From positions 1-58,135 of the forward strand of contig CAZDZV010000010.1 of NCBI GenBank assembly GCA_964510025.1: DNA of 58,135 nt, written 5' to 3'. Below the pieces are notes generated by a model that saw only the letters and a program-made list of their open reading frames with translations, was not told where the DNA came from and did no database searches. This DNA is from an uncultured Methanosarcinales archaeon (GTDB lineage: Archaea; Nanobdellota; Nanobdellia; Woesearchaeales; DATDXC01). The position numbers were made by a program, and so were the translations under genes. Positions 37,248-47,379 of the stretch are shown in pieces; position 1 is the first letter of the stretch, and each line of letters starts with the position of its first letter.

Positions 37248-38888
37248 CTATTTCCCATAGCAGTTCTTTCCGATAAATTTCTGCCTGAAGGTCTTGAGGA
37301 ATGGGGTCATCTCACGCTGCGGAGGCCTTACCTCTTTAAGCCTTGCGTCTATCTGTCCATCTGTAAGCTTTACGTTGAGCTTTCTGTTAGGAACATCAAT
37401 CTCGATCACGTCTCCGTCCTTTATTGCAGCTATTGCTCCGCCATTAAATGCTTCCATCTCAACATGTCCTACGCATGGCCCTGATGTTCCGCCAGAGAAC
37501 CTTCCATCTGTTATAAGCGCCACTTTCTTGTAGCCGGCTCCTTTAATGGCATCAGTAGGGGTCAGCATCTCGGGCATGCCTGGTGCTCCTGCAGGGCCCA
37601 TAAAGCTCAAGACTACTACATCGCCTTCCCCTATCTTTTTCTGCTCGATTGCCTCAAGCAGGTCTGCCTCTGAAGTAAAGACCTTTGCTGGGCCTGAATG
37701 CTGCATCATCTCAGGCTGGACCGCTGTCTGCTTTATCACAGAAGAATCTGCAATGTTTCCTCTCAGCACAGCTATCCCTCCCTGCCTAAAGAAAGGATTA
37801 TCCAAGGGCCTTATAACATCATCATCCAGGACCCTGCCTTGTGCTGCGATCTCCTTTATTGTTTTTCCGTTGACTGTTGGAGAATCCTTGAGCATGCCTT
37901 TTATACGGGACAGTACCCCGGAAATTCCCCCTGCCCTGTAAAGATCTGCCATCTCATAGTCGCCAGCAGGTATGAGCTTGCATATGTTTGGAGTCTCCTT
38001 AGCTACATTGTCAAACATGCGTATGTCTATGTCAATACCAAGTTCTCTTGCTATTGCTGGAATGTGCAAGACAGCGTTTGTTGAGCCCCCCATTGTCATA
38101 TCCACCCTTATGCCATTTTCAAACGCTTGTTTTGTCATGATATTGGAGGGCCTTATATTCTTCTTCACCAGCTCGACGATCTTCTTTCCGGTCTCATAAG
38201 CTTGTTTCTTCTTTTCAGGATCCAGAGCAGGCGTAGCAGCACATCCGGTCAGAGACATGCCTACTGTCTCTGTGAAGCACGCCATTGTGTTTGCCGTATA
38301 TAGGCCAACACATGATCCTGCTCCGCAGCCCATGCAGCCCCTCATCTGCTGCTCTGCCTGTTCTTCTGTAATCTTGCCAGCTTTGACCTGTCCTGTCAAT
38401 CCAAATCCCTGTATAGGGTGGCATTTCTTGCCGTCCTTGATGTTGGCTTTCATGGGGCCGCCTGTCAGCATTATCGCTGGGATGTCCAGACGGCCTGCTG
38501 CCATGAGCATCCCCGGAGTTATCTTATCGCAGTTCGTGACACCAACCCAACCGTCCAGGGAGTGAGACAGCATCATTATCTCTATGTTATCTGCTATGTG
38601 CTCTCGTGATGGTAGGCTTAGCCTCATCTCTACGTACATGGCAATACCGTCGCAGACACCCGGAACACCCCATTCAAAGGGAACCCCTCCGGCATCCCTT
38701 ATGCCCTTTTTTACCTCTTTTGTAAGCTCATTAAGGTGGATGTGGCCTGGAATGATATCGTTATAGGAATTAGCTATGCCAATAAATGGCTTGTTCTTAT
38801 CAAAATCCTCTGGCTTTACGCCCGAAGACATAAGCAAGGCCCTATGTGGAAGGGTCTCAGCCCCTTTCTTAAGTATTTCTGAACGCAT
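37248..38888 (-). CDS. ilvD: Dihydroxy-acid dehydratase
   Basis: IPGHIHL, VCDGIAM, SLPSRE, CDKITPG, GAGSC.GLYTANTM, GGSTN, GAPGMPEML, TDGRFSGG. Confidence 0.96.
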   Translation of the reverse strand: MRSEILKKGAETLPHRALLMSSGVKPEDFDKNKPFIGIANSYNDIIPGHIHLNELTKEVKKGIRDAGGVPFEWGVPGVCDGIAMYVEMRLSLPSREHIADNIEIMMLSHSLDGWVGVTNCDKITPGMLMAAGRLDIPAIMLTGGPMKANIKDGKKCHPIQGFGLTGQVKAGKITEEQAEQQMRGCMGCGAGSCVGLYTANTMACFTETVGMSLTGCAATPALDPEKKKQAYETGKKIVELVKKNIRPSNIMTKQAFENGIRVDMTMGGSTNAVLHIPAIARELGIDIDIRMFDNVAKETPNICKLIPAGDYEMADLYRAGGISGVLSRIKGMLKDSPTVNGKTIKEIAAQGRVLDDDVIRPLDNPFFRQGGIAVLRGNIADSSVIKQTAVQPEMMQHSGPAKVFTSEADLLEAIEQKKIGEGDVVVLSFMGPAGAPGMPEMLTPTDAIKGAGYKKVALITDGRFSGGTSGPCVGHVEMEAFNGGAIAAIKDGDVIEIDVPNRKLNVKLTDGQIDARLKEVRPPQREMTPFLKTFRQKFIGKNCYGK

Positions 38889-38932
38889 TATATCACCGCG
38901 AATAGTGAAGACAGCTGAGTATATAAATATAT

Positions 38933-38953
38933 GTTGTACTTTTTAAGTACAAC
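38933..38953. promoter_or_regulatory. Palindromic operator GTTGTAC-N7-GTACAAC (ilvD promoter)
   Basis: GTTGTAC TTTTTAA GTACAAC directly upstream of the ilvD TATA box; identical arms recur at 51650-51670. Confidence 0.75.
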
Positions 38954-39377
38954 TTAATAGGTCTAAGCCTGTGGCTCTATCATAGGCTCTTTTTGCGTCT
39001 GTTTTAAGCTCAAATATAATGGCTTCTATTATCAAGAAAGTTTTTGAGTTTTTTCTGATGCATCCGATGTTGACCAAATCTTGCCTGCCGATAGCTGCAT
39101 GCAGATGTATCTTTGGCTCATCACCTTTCCAGAATATTGTTCCGATGCCCACTAGCTCTCTCTGGTCATCAAATCCAGCCATTATCGGGTCTGGAGGAAT
39201 CTTCTTTTCCTTATCCCCTACGACTATCTCTGAGCTTTCCAGCGAACCTATGAAATTGATAAGTCCTGCACCTATCTCCTCATCCTTAACCAGCGCATTT
39301 AGCTGCTCGAGAAAATCATCACCATGCTCAAACCTGACTATGAAGACACGTCCAATATCTGCCTTTTTGTACTGCAT
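38943..39377 (-). CDS. PPC / DUF296 (AF0104-ALDC fold) protein
   Basis: VRFEHGDD, FIGSL, ELVGIGTI, IHLHAAIG motifs. Confidence 0.85.
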   Translation of the reverse strand: MQYKKADIGRVFIVRFEHGDDFLEQLNALVKDEEIGAGLINFIGSLESSEIVVGDKEKKIPPDPIMAGFDDQRELVGIGTIFWKGDEPKIHLHAAIGRQDLVNIGCIRKNSKTFLIIEAIIFELKTDAKRAYDRATGLDLLSCT

Positions 39378-39451
39378 CCTGTTTATGAATTAAAGCTCAT
39401 TTTTAAACTTAATCAAAAAAATATATAAATAGGTATTTTGGAAAGGATGAT

Positions 39452-40222
39452 ATGCAGACATGCGCCTTAGGAAGCGGCTCATCAGGCAACAGTTTTTTTG
39501 TACAGGCTAACGGATGCTCTTTTCTAATCGATGCTGGGCTGAGCAGAAAGCAGATAGTGCAGCGGATGCGGATGATAGGCAAGGAGCCTTCTCAGCTTGC
39601 TGGTATATTCATAAGCCATGAGCATTCTGACCATATAAGGGGAGTGGATGTATTGGCAAGGAAGTATTCTATCCCGGTTTACGTGACCAAGGGATGCTAT
39701 AGCAGTTGCTGGATATGCTCTGACGACAAGCTGATAAACATTATTGAGAAAGACAAGGCCATCACGTTAGGCGGTGTGGAAGTCCTGCCGTTTTCCAAGA
39801 ATCATGATGCCACTGATCCTGTAAGCTATGCCATCATGCATAAAGACAGGAAAATAAGCATAATGACAGACATTGGCGTAGCTTGCCAAAACATAATAAA
39901 GCATACACAGGAATCAAATGTTATTTTTCTGGAATCCAATCATGATATCACTATGCTGGAGAACGGGCCCTATCCAGCTTATCTCAAGAAAAGGATTGCA
40001 TCTGACAACGGGCATCTCAGCAACTATCATGCTGCATTGCTCATCCTGCAGTATGCAACAAGAAAGTTAAGGCACCTTGTATTAAGCCACCTGAGCGAGA
40101 ACAACAATACAGAAGAACTGGCTCTGCAGACAATGAACAGCCTGATAATTAACAGGAAAGACCTTGATGTAGATGTCATAATCTCTGGAAGACACAATCC
40201 TACCAAACTTATTCAGGTCTGA
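39452..40222 (+). CDS. MBL-fold metallo-hydrolase (YycJ/WalJ-like)
   Basis: LGSGSSGN, LIDAG, SHEHSDH, HDA, LESNHD, YP.YLK.RI, GHLSN, HLSENNN. Confidence 0.9.
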   Translation: MQTCALGSGSSGNSFFVQANGCSFLIDAGLSRKQIVQRMRMIGKEPSQLAGIFISHEHSDHIRGVDVLARKYSIPVYVTKGCYSSCWICSDDKLINIIEKDKAITLGGVEVLPFSKNHDATDPVSYAIMHKDRKISIMTDIGVACQNIIKHTQESNVIFLESNHDITMLENGPYPAYLKKRIASDNGHLSNYHAALLILQYATRKLRHLVLSHLSENNNTEELALQTMNSLIINRKDLDVDVIISGRHNPTKLIQV

Positions 40223-41676
40223 GCACGATAAAGGAAGATATTTCCTGCCTGTGGGTGTCTGATCGGCCCTTCACATAACACTCCGGGTATTTCAAGTGGC
40301 TTCTTGGTATTCAGGACCAATGTATGGTTGCTGTAGGCTGGCGTCCTCACGAAATGATATGCAATTACAGCGGAGATTGTCGTTCGGTCGAGTGGTGTAC
40401 CATCTGGCATGTTGGTCTCAATAACATCTGGCATGACCCAACTTCCTTTTCTTTTTCCAGAAGGCAATGCAAGCTCATGAAACTCAAACAATGTAGCCAT
40501 TGATACGTCTCCCGGAAGACGCCTGCGGGGATTCTTTGGAGACGATGCATTATAGACCAGGAGCCTGTATCTTGAACTATTCAGGCGATATTCCGCCCTG
40601 CATACTTTCTGCTGCTCTTCGGAAAGATTTTCTCCTGGCACAGCTAAATCCAGGGAATCATCTGCTAAAGGAATTATCCTGCAATTGGAGGTCAGATCAA
40701 AATACTGGGCGCGGCCTTCTAGATGAGCCCGGATATTTGTCAGCTCTCTCAGCCGCTTGCCTGCTAAGTCACCGGCATATTCAGCCGATATGTCCGCTTC
40801 CCTAGCAAGTATCTGTAAAACAAGAGGATCCTTGCAGCATTGGATGCGGCCGATGAGGTTCTGCAAATATGCCCTTACTTTGTGCCTGTCTAACTGGNNN
40901 NNNNNNNGGCTTGCAACATTGTAATGAAGCTCGCCTGTCGAGGGTTCCAATCTTGATATTGTGACCTCAGCCGGACCAGCTATAGCGTTAGGAAGGGCAA
41001 AAACAGGAAATGCCCCATGCTGCTCTGCCGGTTCAGCGAATATAAATGTATCATCAATCGCTGCACAATAGGCATCCAGCCTTCTTTTCTTGACTGATAT
41101 GTCTGTAGGCTCTGTATGCACCCTGAATTCTGCATCAAATATTTTTTCTTCGCCCCCAAGATGCTCTGCCAGCTTTCCCAAACCATATATTGCTTTGTTT
41201 ATTGTGAGCATAGTAGCATTATATGACCGCAGCACAGGCGGCCCTATTTTTGTAGCTGGCCTTTCCCTTTCCTCGGCAAAAAGTCCGGCTAGCTGTTCAA
41301 GGAGTCTATCCTTAAATGCCACCAAATCAGAATATGGTGTTGAGGACTCATGCAATGATGCGGCTATTGACCTGTATTCTGCTGCCTGGGCTCTGACAAA
41401 CCTACCCAATCCAAAGGTATTTTTTCCTGCCACGAGATGGCAATTCCTGACACGACCACAAGAACTGACTGGCATTGCATAAACAGTAGATTCTTCAAGC
41501 GGCGGCAAATCAAGCACTACAGCTTCGCCATCCGGCGAAATAATCCTATTCCCATCTAGGCGTAGTTCATAGATTAAATGGGAAAAGGTGGGATGGCGCG
41601 GAAATAGCGCCCTGGAACCCTCTTCTATCAATATCCTCAGAGCAACTTGATCCAGTGTTGTTATGGCTGTATCCAT
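40213..41676 (-). CDS. Hypothetical protein spanning an assembly gap
   Basis: Long ORF with no recognisable motif. Continuity across the Ns at 40898-40907 is unverified. Confidence 0.5.
   Translation of the reverse strand: MDTAITTLDQVALRILIEEGSRALFPRHPTFSHLIYELRLDGNRIISPDGEAVVLDLPPLEESTVYAMPVSSCGRVRNCHLVAGKNTFGLGRFVRAQAAEYRSIAASLHESSTPYSDLVAFKDRLLEQLAGLFAEERERPATKIGPPVLRSYNATMLTINKAIYGLGKLAEHLGGEEKIFDAEFRVHTEPTDISVKKRRLDAYCAAIDDTFIFAEPAEQHGAFPVFALPNAIAGPAEVTISRLEPSTGELHYNVASXXXXQLDRHKVRAYLQNLIGRIQCCKDPLVLQILAREADISAEYAGDLAGKRLRELTNIRAHLEGRAQYFDLTSNCRIIPLADDSLDLAVPGENLSEEQQKVCRAEYRLNSSRYRLLVYNASSPKNPRRRLPGDVSMATLFEFHELALPSGKRKGSWVMPDVIETNMPDGTPLDRTTISAVIAYHFVRTPAYSNHTLVLNTKKPLEIPGVLCEGPIRHPQAGNIFLYRAQT
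40898..40907. other. Scaffold gap (10 N)
   Basis: Run of N bases. Confidence 0.99.
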
Positions 41677-41727
41677 CTTATATTACCTAAAAGTAGTTAA
41701 ATAATAGTTGATTTAAAAATTTATTGT

Positions 41728-42345
41728 TCAGAACACATAGTTAGTCAGAGTACCGACATCTTCTATCTTTACCTCGACCCTGTCTCCTTTTTTCATCGGT
41801 CCTATGCCTGGAGGAGTGCCGGTTGATATAATATCTCCAGGAAGCAATGTCATAACACCAGATATAAATGAAATAAGCTCTTCAACTGTAAATATAAATT
41901 CATCGGTATTTGAGTCCTGCTTTATCTTGCCATTAAGGAAGCTTTGGATGCGAAGATTATTTGGGTCAATGTTCTTCCAGGGAACAATCCTTGGTCCGGC
42001 TGGGCAGAATGTGTCGAACGACTTTGCTCTTGTCCATTGCCCATCCAGCTTCTGCAGGTCCCTGGCTGTCACATCGTTAACACAAGTAAAGCCTTTTACA
42101 TATCTTTTTGCCTGTGATTTTCTTATGTTTCTTGCTTTCCTGCCTATCACTAGGCCAAGCTCTGCTTCATAATCAACCCGTTTAGACTGGTACGGATAGA
42201 TGATTTTATCATAATTACCGGCAAGTGTTGTCGGGGGCTTAAGAAAGATTATAGGGTGGTGGGGGGTGTTCATCCTAAGCTCTTTAGCGTGAGAATGGTA
42301 GTTCAAGCCTACGCATACTATCTTTGATGGTTGAGAGACATTCAT
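41728..42345 (-). CDS. Fumarylacetoacetate hydrolase family protein
   Basis: KIVCVGLNY..H, FLKP, DYEAEL, NDVTARD, KSFDTFCP, GDIISTGTP. Confidence 0.93.
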   Translation of the reverse strand: MNVSQPSKIVCVGLNYHSHAKELRMNTPHHPIIFLKPPTTLAGNYDKIIYPYQSKRVDYEAELGLVIGRKARNIRKSQAKRYVKGFTCVNDVTARDLQKLDGQWTRAKSFDTFCPAGPRIVPWKNIDPNNLRIQSFLNGKIKQDSNTDEFIFTVEELISFISGVMTLLPGDIISTGTPPGIGPMKKGDRVEVKIEDVGTLTNYVF

Positions 42346-42385
42346 GTTGAAAAAATAGCGGCATGACTAAATAAACTTTACTGTT

Positions 42386-44323
42386 CTAGGCTGTCTTTTG
42401 GGCAGGGAAATGATAGTGCTGCATCAGGGTGTCATATACCCCTGCTCCGCTGGAAAGTAGGTGCACTGTTGAGGCAACATATTCAGGAACTTTTCTGGTG
42501 CGGATGCCGGTCTGGATTAGTCCATAAGCATTATTCTGAAAATCTGTATCTCCGATTATCAGTATCGGCTTTCCTTCCCTGTTTAGCTTGTTCTTTGTCG
42601 CGCATTCGAACAGCTCAAACAAGGTACCTAAGCCCCCTTCAAAGACCATGTAGACTGCTGATGCGTCGATCATAGCGCCCTGACGCACATTCAAATCGTC
42701 TTCTGTAAAAGGCATGAATATATCAGGATTCTCAGATTGCGGCTGTTCTGCCAGCACCAGATTGATCGTACCGACCCTAAGGCTATATCTTCTTGCTGCC
42801 TTGCTGGCTGCTGTCATCATCGCTGGTCCTCCTCCGTTGAAAATATAGCCAGTTCCTCCTGTGAATCTAGACCATCCTTCAATCGCATCTTCCAAGTCAG
42901 CTGCATCCCTATCGCTGCAGACAGCAGAGGAACCGAAACAGGAGGCAATGCTATTTGAAGAATCGGCGTGATCATACAATACTCTCTCATCCACGCCCCC
43001 ATCGGCCCGCATAAAACCCACCCTATGAAAAAAAAGCCTGCCCATTTTTTGGTGGTTCCATACAAATTCAATACCTAGGTCAGTCATATAAAGGAGATTT
43101 TCATAATCAGCTGAAGTAAAGGTATCATTAACATCAGGCGCAAAGGTGAATTGGATTGAGCCTATTTTGCCCCTGCGCTCCGGATCTGAGAAAATTTGAA
43201 GAATGTCCCTTCTGGGCGGCGTCTTGAAACAAAAATGATATCTTCCTGGAGAAGGATCAGGCATATCCCTTATCTTTCTTCCTAGTTCAGCTAGATCTTC
43301 TGCGCTTGAGCTATCTACATCCATAAAGGGGACAGTGTCCCCTGGATCCCCTTCAATAGCTGGAACGTAAAGGTACACTTCATTCTTTGGATTATATGGC
43401 AGTTGCGGCTGGGCCCCTGATATATTTATATCCGGGACCACTATCTTTGACTTAAGCTTCACAACTTCATCATTATAGAACCTTGCTCTAACGTGATCAA
43501 CCGGAACATCTTGTTTGCCGTTTCCTTTCAGTTCTATGTGCAGTATTGCTGCAGAATGGGGGGATACATGCATCGCTTGGGTGTGTCTGATACCATCACC
43601 CTGATCATGGAGTATCAGAAGGGAATATTCCTCAGGCCTTACCCATGTATGGGTTACAATGCCCCCATCTGCAGGCACCACTAAGCTGTCCACGTCCTGC
43701 ACAAACTGGTATTGGGCTAGTTTGTGGCGCGAATGCCTATCGCTGAGTATTTCTATTAAATCCCTTACATTCATCCTCATTTCGTTGGGCACATATCTTT
43801 TATTGGAGAGAGTCAGCCTTACTGTACCATCCAATTCAGAACCTGTCCTAAGCCTTACCCTTCCCTGCTCTATCTTGGTTGTCAGCTCATCTGCAGTAGC
43901 AATCCTTTCTGGCCTGACAGCGACCAATTTGGCCACTTTCCATCCCTGATAAGCAACAGTATCGATCCAGCTTCCATCCCTTGGCAAAAAATCCGGCATA
44001 TATGGTCTTATGGCAGCCCTAAAATAAATTGAATCACCAGAAGGAAAAAAGGCCTGATTCCCCTCCCCTATAAGCTTAAGGTCCAGCCCTAACCTTGCTA
44101 CCCTGCTCCTAAGATCTGCTATCACTTCAGCGCCATCCTGTGCCAAAGTCTCAAGAAAATACTCTAAATGTATGTTATGCTCAAAAGGTATCCGGACCTG
44201 CACTTCCAAACGATCCTCAAACCGAGCTGGTTCCCCTACCACCAATCCATCAGGTGAAACAGATTTATTCAGCAGCTGCATGACTGCAGGAGATTCATGT
44301 TGCTTTAAAAAAGTTACTATCAC
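42386..44323 (-). CDS. Multidomain protein with C-terminal LOG/SLOG-family domain
   Basis: C-terminal CFGSS, NGGGPAMMTAA, RQGAMIDAS, EGGLGTLFE (variant of PGGxGTxxE) and KPILII. The N-terminal ~450 aa are unassigned. Confidence 0.7.
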   Translation of the reverse strand: MIVTFLKQHESPAVMQLLNKSVSPDGLVVGEPARFEDRLEVQVRIPFEHNIHLEYFLETLAQDGAEVIADLRSRVARLGLDLKLIGEGNQAFFPSGDSIYFRAAIRPYMPDFLPRDGSWIDTVAYQGWKVAKLVAVRPERIATADELTTKIEQGRVRLRTGSELDGTVRLTLSNKRYVPNEMRMNVRDLIEILSDRHSRHKLAQYQFVQDVDSLVVPADGGIVTHTWVRPEEYSLLILHDQGDGIRHTQAMHVSPHSAAILHIELKGNGKQDVPVDHVRARFYNDEVVKLKSKIVVPDINISGAQPQLPYNPKNEVYLYVPAIEGDPGDTVPFMDVDSSSAEDLAELGRKIRDMPDPSPGRYHFCFKTPPRRDILQIFSDPERRGKIGSIQFTFAPDVNDTFTSADYENLLYMTDLGIEFVWNHQKMGRLFFHRVGFMRADGGVDERVLYDHADSSNSIASCFGSSAVCSDRDAADLEDAIEGWSRFTGGTGYIFNGGGPAMMTAASKAARRYSLRVGTINLVLAEQPQSENPDIFMPFTEDDLNVRQGAMIDASAVYMVFEGGLGTLFELFECATKNKLNREGKPILIIGDTDFQNNAYGLIQTGIRTRKVPEYVASTVHLLSSGAGVYDTLMQHYHFPAQKTA

Positions 44324-44431
44324 TTAATAATAAAAAAAATTTTAAAATTTAAAAGACAGTTTGAAAGCAGCAAAATTTAAAAAGCTGCCAGAATATAAAC
44401 CAAGAATATTAACCAAAAAAAGAGGTTTCCG

Positions 44432-45727
44432 ATGAAGCTACCTAAACTAAGCAGCGATCTTCTAGTTAAGCTCGCTTTCTTTTATCATAACAAACGGCCA
44501 GAGGACATGGATTTCATTGAGCATAAAATCAGGGAGATCCTCGAGATCCAGGAGCTTTGCCTGCTGCTCAGGAAGCTGAGAGGCACTGAGCTTGATACTG
44601 TTTCAAAAAAGATTCAATCAGCCATCATATTCAGGCATATCAAAACAGACATGTTCAAGGTCTTTACGCTAATGCACAGCCTTGTAAGGGAACTAAACAT
44701 CCTGACAGGTATCTTTGAACCGCACCTGATAGAATACAAGATAGGGTCAAGGAATTACATTAAAAAGAATGTCAAAAAGGTAAATGAGATAAACAGCCTC
44801 TTCAAAAAGAGAGGGAAAAGGGAAAAGAAGCTTGAATTTGCAAACAAGAACTTCCTGATGGACAAGCTGCTGAACAATGCCTTTAAGTTTATCATGGCGT
44901 TGCATAACGGGAAGATTGTAGGCTTCAGCTTCTGCGAACCTTTGCAGCTTGAGTATGAGTGGCCTAACATATATGAGGTAAGAGGCCTGGTCATCGATCC
45001 CAGATACAAAGGATATGGTATCGGAGAAAACCTTATGGTACTGGGTGAGAGAAATATCATTGCCAGCACAGAGAACGATGAAAACGTCGACTATCTGATT
45101 TCGATAGTGCCTTCCAGCGAAACTGTGACCCTGTTGTACCTTCAAAAGCTCGGCTATAAGCCTATTGCCATAGACATTGGCGGACTGTATGATTACTACG
45201 GGTATACAGAGCCCAAGAAAGAGAAATATTCCAATTTTGTTTTCTTCATCAATGATTTCAAAAAAACAGTAGAGAACTCTGAGGAGACTGTCTACCTGCA
45301 AAAAGAAGACTATTGGTTTCTGAAAATACTGTATTTCTTTCTTGGGTGCCGAAGGAAGCTTATAATATCAGAAGGCCAGGAGATAAGAAGGAATAAGCTT
45401 GAGGTCATCAAGACAGAGACAGGCATTATCAAGAGTGAAGGCAAGGGCTCGTACTTCGTTGACCTCACAAGACAAGATGCGCCTGGTGTGGCCCGTTACC
45501 TGAAGAACATCGGATTTTATCTTAGCGGCGTCCTGCCTGTCGCCAGGAAGGGAGAGGGAAGAAAAGACTATGCATACTATAGGTATCTGTCTAAAGATAA
45601 GCCGGTATCAGAAAAGATATTTGACATGCGATACCTTAATGATAACAAATTCAGACTGTTCAAGACATATCTTCAGAAAAGATCAATAGAGAATTTCAGG
45701 CAAAGGTTCAAAAATCTTTCTCAGTGA
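44432..45727 (+). CDS. GNAT-domain protein with long N- and C-terminal extensions
   Basis: NGKIVGF, EVRGLVIDPRYKGYGIGENL (motif A), LQKLGY; a second degenerate half (LKNIGFYLSGVLP). Confidence 0.7.
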   Translation: MKLPKLSSDLLVKLAFFYHNKRPEDMDFIEHKIREILEIQELCLLLRKLRGTELDTVSKKIQSAIIFRHIKTDMFKVFTLMHSLVRELNILTGIFEPHLIEYKIGSRNYIKKNVKKVNEINSLFKKRGKREKKLEFANKNFLMDKLLNNAFKFIMALHNGKIVGFSFCEPLQLEYEWPNIYEVRGLVIDPRYKGYGIGENLMVLGERNIIASTENDENVDYLISIVPSSETVTLLYLQKLGYKPIAIDIGGLYDYYGYTEPKKEKYSNFVFFINDFKKTVENSEETVYLQKEDYWFLKILYFFLGCRRKLIISEGQEIRRNKLEVIKTETGIIKSEGKGSYFVDLTRQDAPGVARYLKNIGFYLSGVLPVARKGEGRKDYAYYRYLSKDKPVSEKIFDMRYLNDNKFRLFKTYLQKRSIENFRQRFKNLSQ

Positions 45728-47372
45728 TGCCAAACTGCTCTGTCGGACCATAGTCCTCTTCAGGCTTCACGTGTATATCTATAATGGAAGACCTCCTGCT
45801 TTTTCTTGCTGACTGCAGGCACGGGTAGATGTCTGATGGCCTGTTCACCTCGTATCCCTTCAACCCATACGCTTCAGCAACCTTAGCGAAGTCTGGCTTT
45901 TTTCCAAGGTTCACTGAAGAGTATCTACCATAGACTTTCTTCTGCCACTGCCTTACCATCCCCAGATATTGGTTGTTGCATAGCACGGTAATAACCTTGA
46001 TGCCTTCCTTTGCGAGCACAGCCAGCTCCTGGATAACCATCTGCAAAGAGCCGTCTCCGTCAATGTTGATGACTTCAGAATCAGGCTTTGCTGTCTTTGC
46101 GCCTATAGAGGCTGGCAAGCCAAACCCCATTGTACCGTCACCTCCGCTAGAGATAAAGGATCTAGGAGATTTTCTCGGGATATATCTTTCAGCCATAGTC
46201 TGATGACAGCCAACGCCTGTGACAACGATATCTTCATCTTTGACAAATCTTTTAAGCTCATAAAAGATACGCTTATAGTCAATTGGCTTAGAATCATAAT
46301 CAAGCTTTTCATCATACTCTATTGTGCGCAATCTTCTTAAGGTGGATACCCATGGTGTATCTCTCTGGCCCATAAACTTATGCCTGATTATGGCCAAAAG
46401 CTTCTGCAAAACCAGTTTTGCATCCCCTCTCAATGCAAGCTCAACCTGTTTGTTCCTGTTTATCTCAGAAGGCTCAACGTCTATATGGATCAATGTTGCA
46501 TTTTTTGCAAACTCATCTGGATCAGTAGCTATCCTATTAGAGAACCTGCATCCTATAGCTAGTATCAGGTCTGAATTCTCTATTGCATAGTTGGCTATTT
46601 TTGTCCCGTACATGCCTGCCATGCCTAAAGACAACGGATGATTATCTGGAAATGCGCTTTTTGCCATCATTGTCCTCGCTACAGGGATCTTCAGCAGATT
46701 GACCAGTTCAGACAATTCCTTGCCAGCGTTTGCCCAGATGATGCCCCCGCCTATCAGGATAAGGGGCCTTTCTGCATACAATACAAGAGAAGCTGCCTGG
46801 CTGAGCTTCGGCTCCTGGCCAAGGAACCTGGGTTTTGGGACAGGGAACCTGGCCGGCATCCTTTTTCTGCATCTGCCTTCCTGAGCATCTTTGGGCAGGT
46901 CAATATATACAGGACCGGGCCTTGCTTCAGTAGACAACCTAAATGCCTTGTCTATCATCGCAAATGCCTTGTTTGGATCCCTAAGCTGGAAATGGCCTTT
47001 GCAGGTATGTTTGGTAATCTCATCCATAGCCACCTCCTGGAATGACTCATGCCCTATCAGCTTGGTAGGAACCTGGCCAGCCATAGCAATAATAGGTGTA
47101 GAGTCCATAAAGGAAGTAAGCAAGCCGGTTATGAGGTTGCTAGCTCCAGGTCCTGAAGTCGCTATGCATACTCCTGGTATCCCTGATGCCCTGGCAAACC
47201 CATCAGCAGCATGCGCTGCACATTGCTCATGCCTGACAAGAATGTTCCTTATATGCCTAGAATAATCCATAAAAGCGTCAAATACAGGCACTATGCTGCC
47301 GCCCGGATAGCCGAATGTAGTCTTAACTCTGTGCTTGATAAGCGACCTGACTACAGCCTGTGCACCGTTCAT
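45708..47372 (-). CDS. ilvB: Acetolactate synthase large subunit (second paralog)
   Basis: FGYPGG, RHEQ, TSGPGASN, RPGPVYIDLPKD, GDGS...NN ThDP motif. Confidence 0.9.
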   Translation of the reverse strand: MNGAQAVVRSLIKHRVKTTFGYPGGSIVPVFDAFMDYSRHIRNILVRHEQCAAHAADGFARASGIPGVCIATSGPGASNLITGLLTSFMDSTPIIAMAGQVPTKLIGHESFQEVAMDEITKHTCKGHFQLRDPNKAFAMIDKAFRLSTEARPGPVYIDLPKDAQEGRCRKRMPARFPVPKPRFLGQEPKLSQAASLVLYAERPLILIGGGIIWANAGKELSELVNLLKIPVARTMMAKSAFPDNHPLSLGMAGMYGTKIANYAIENSDLILAIGCRFSNRIATDPDEFAKNATLIHIDVEPSEINRNKQVELALRGDAKLVLQKLLAIIRHKFMGQRDTPWVSTLRRLRTIEYDEKLDYDSKPIDYKRIFYELKRFVKDEDIVVTGVGCHQTMAERYIPRKSPRSFISSGGDGTMGFGLPASIGAKTAKPDSEVINIDGDGSLQMVIQELAVLAKEGIKVITVLCNNQYLGMVRQWQKKVYGRYSSVNLGKKPDFAKVAEAYGLKGYEVNRPSDIYPCLQSARKSRRSSIIDIHVKPEEDYGPTEQFGITEKDF

Positions 47373-47379
47373 ATTAGCT

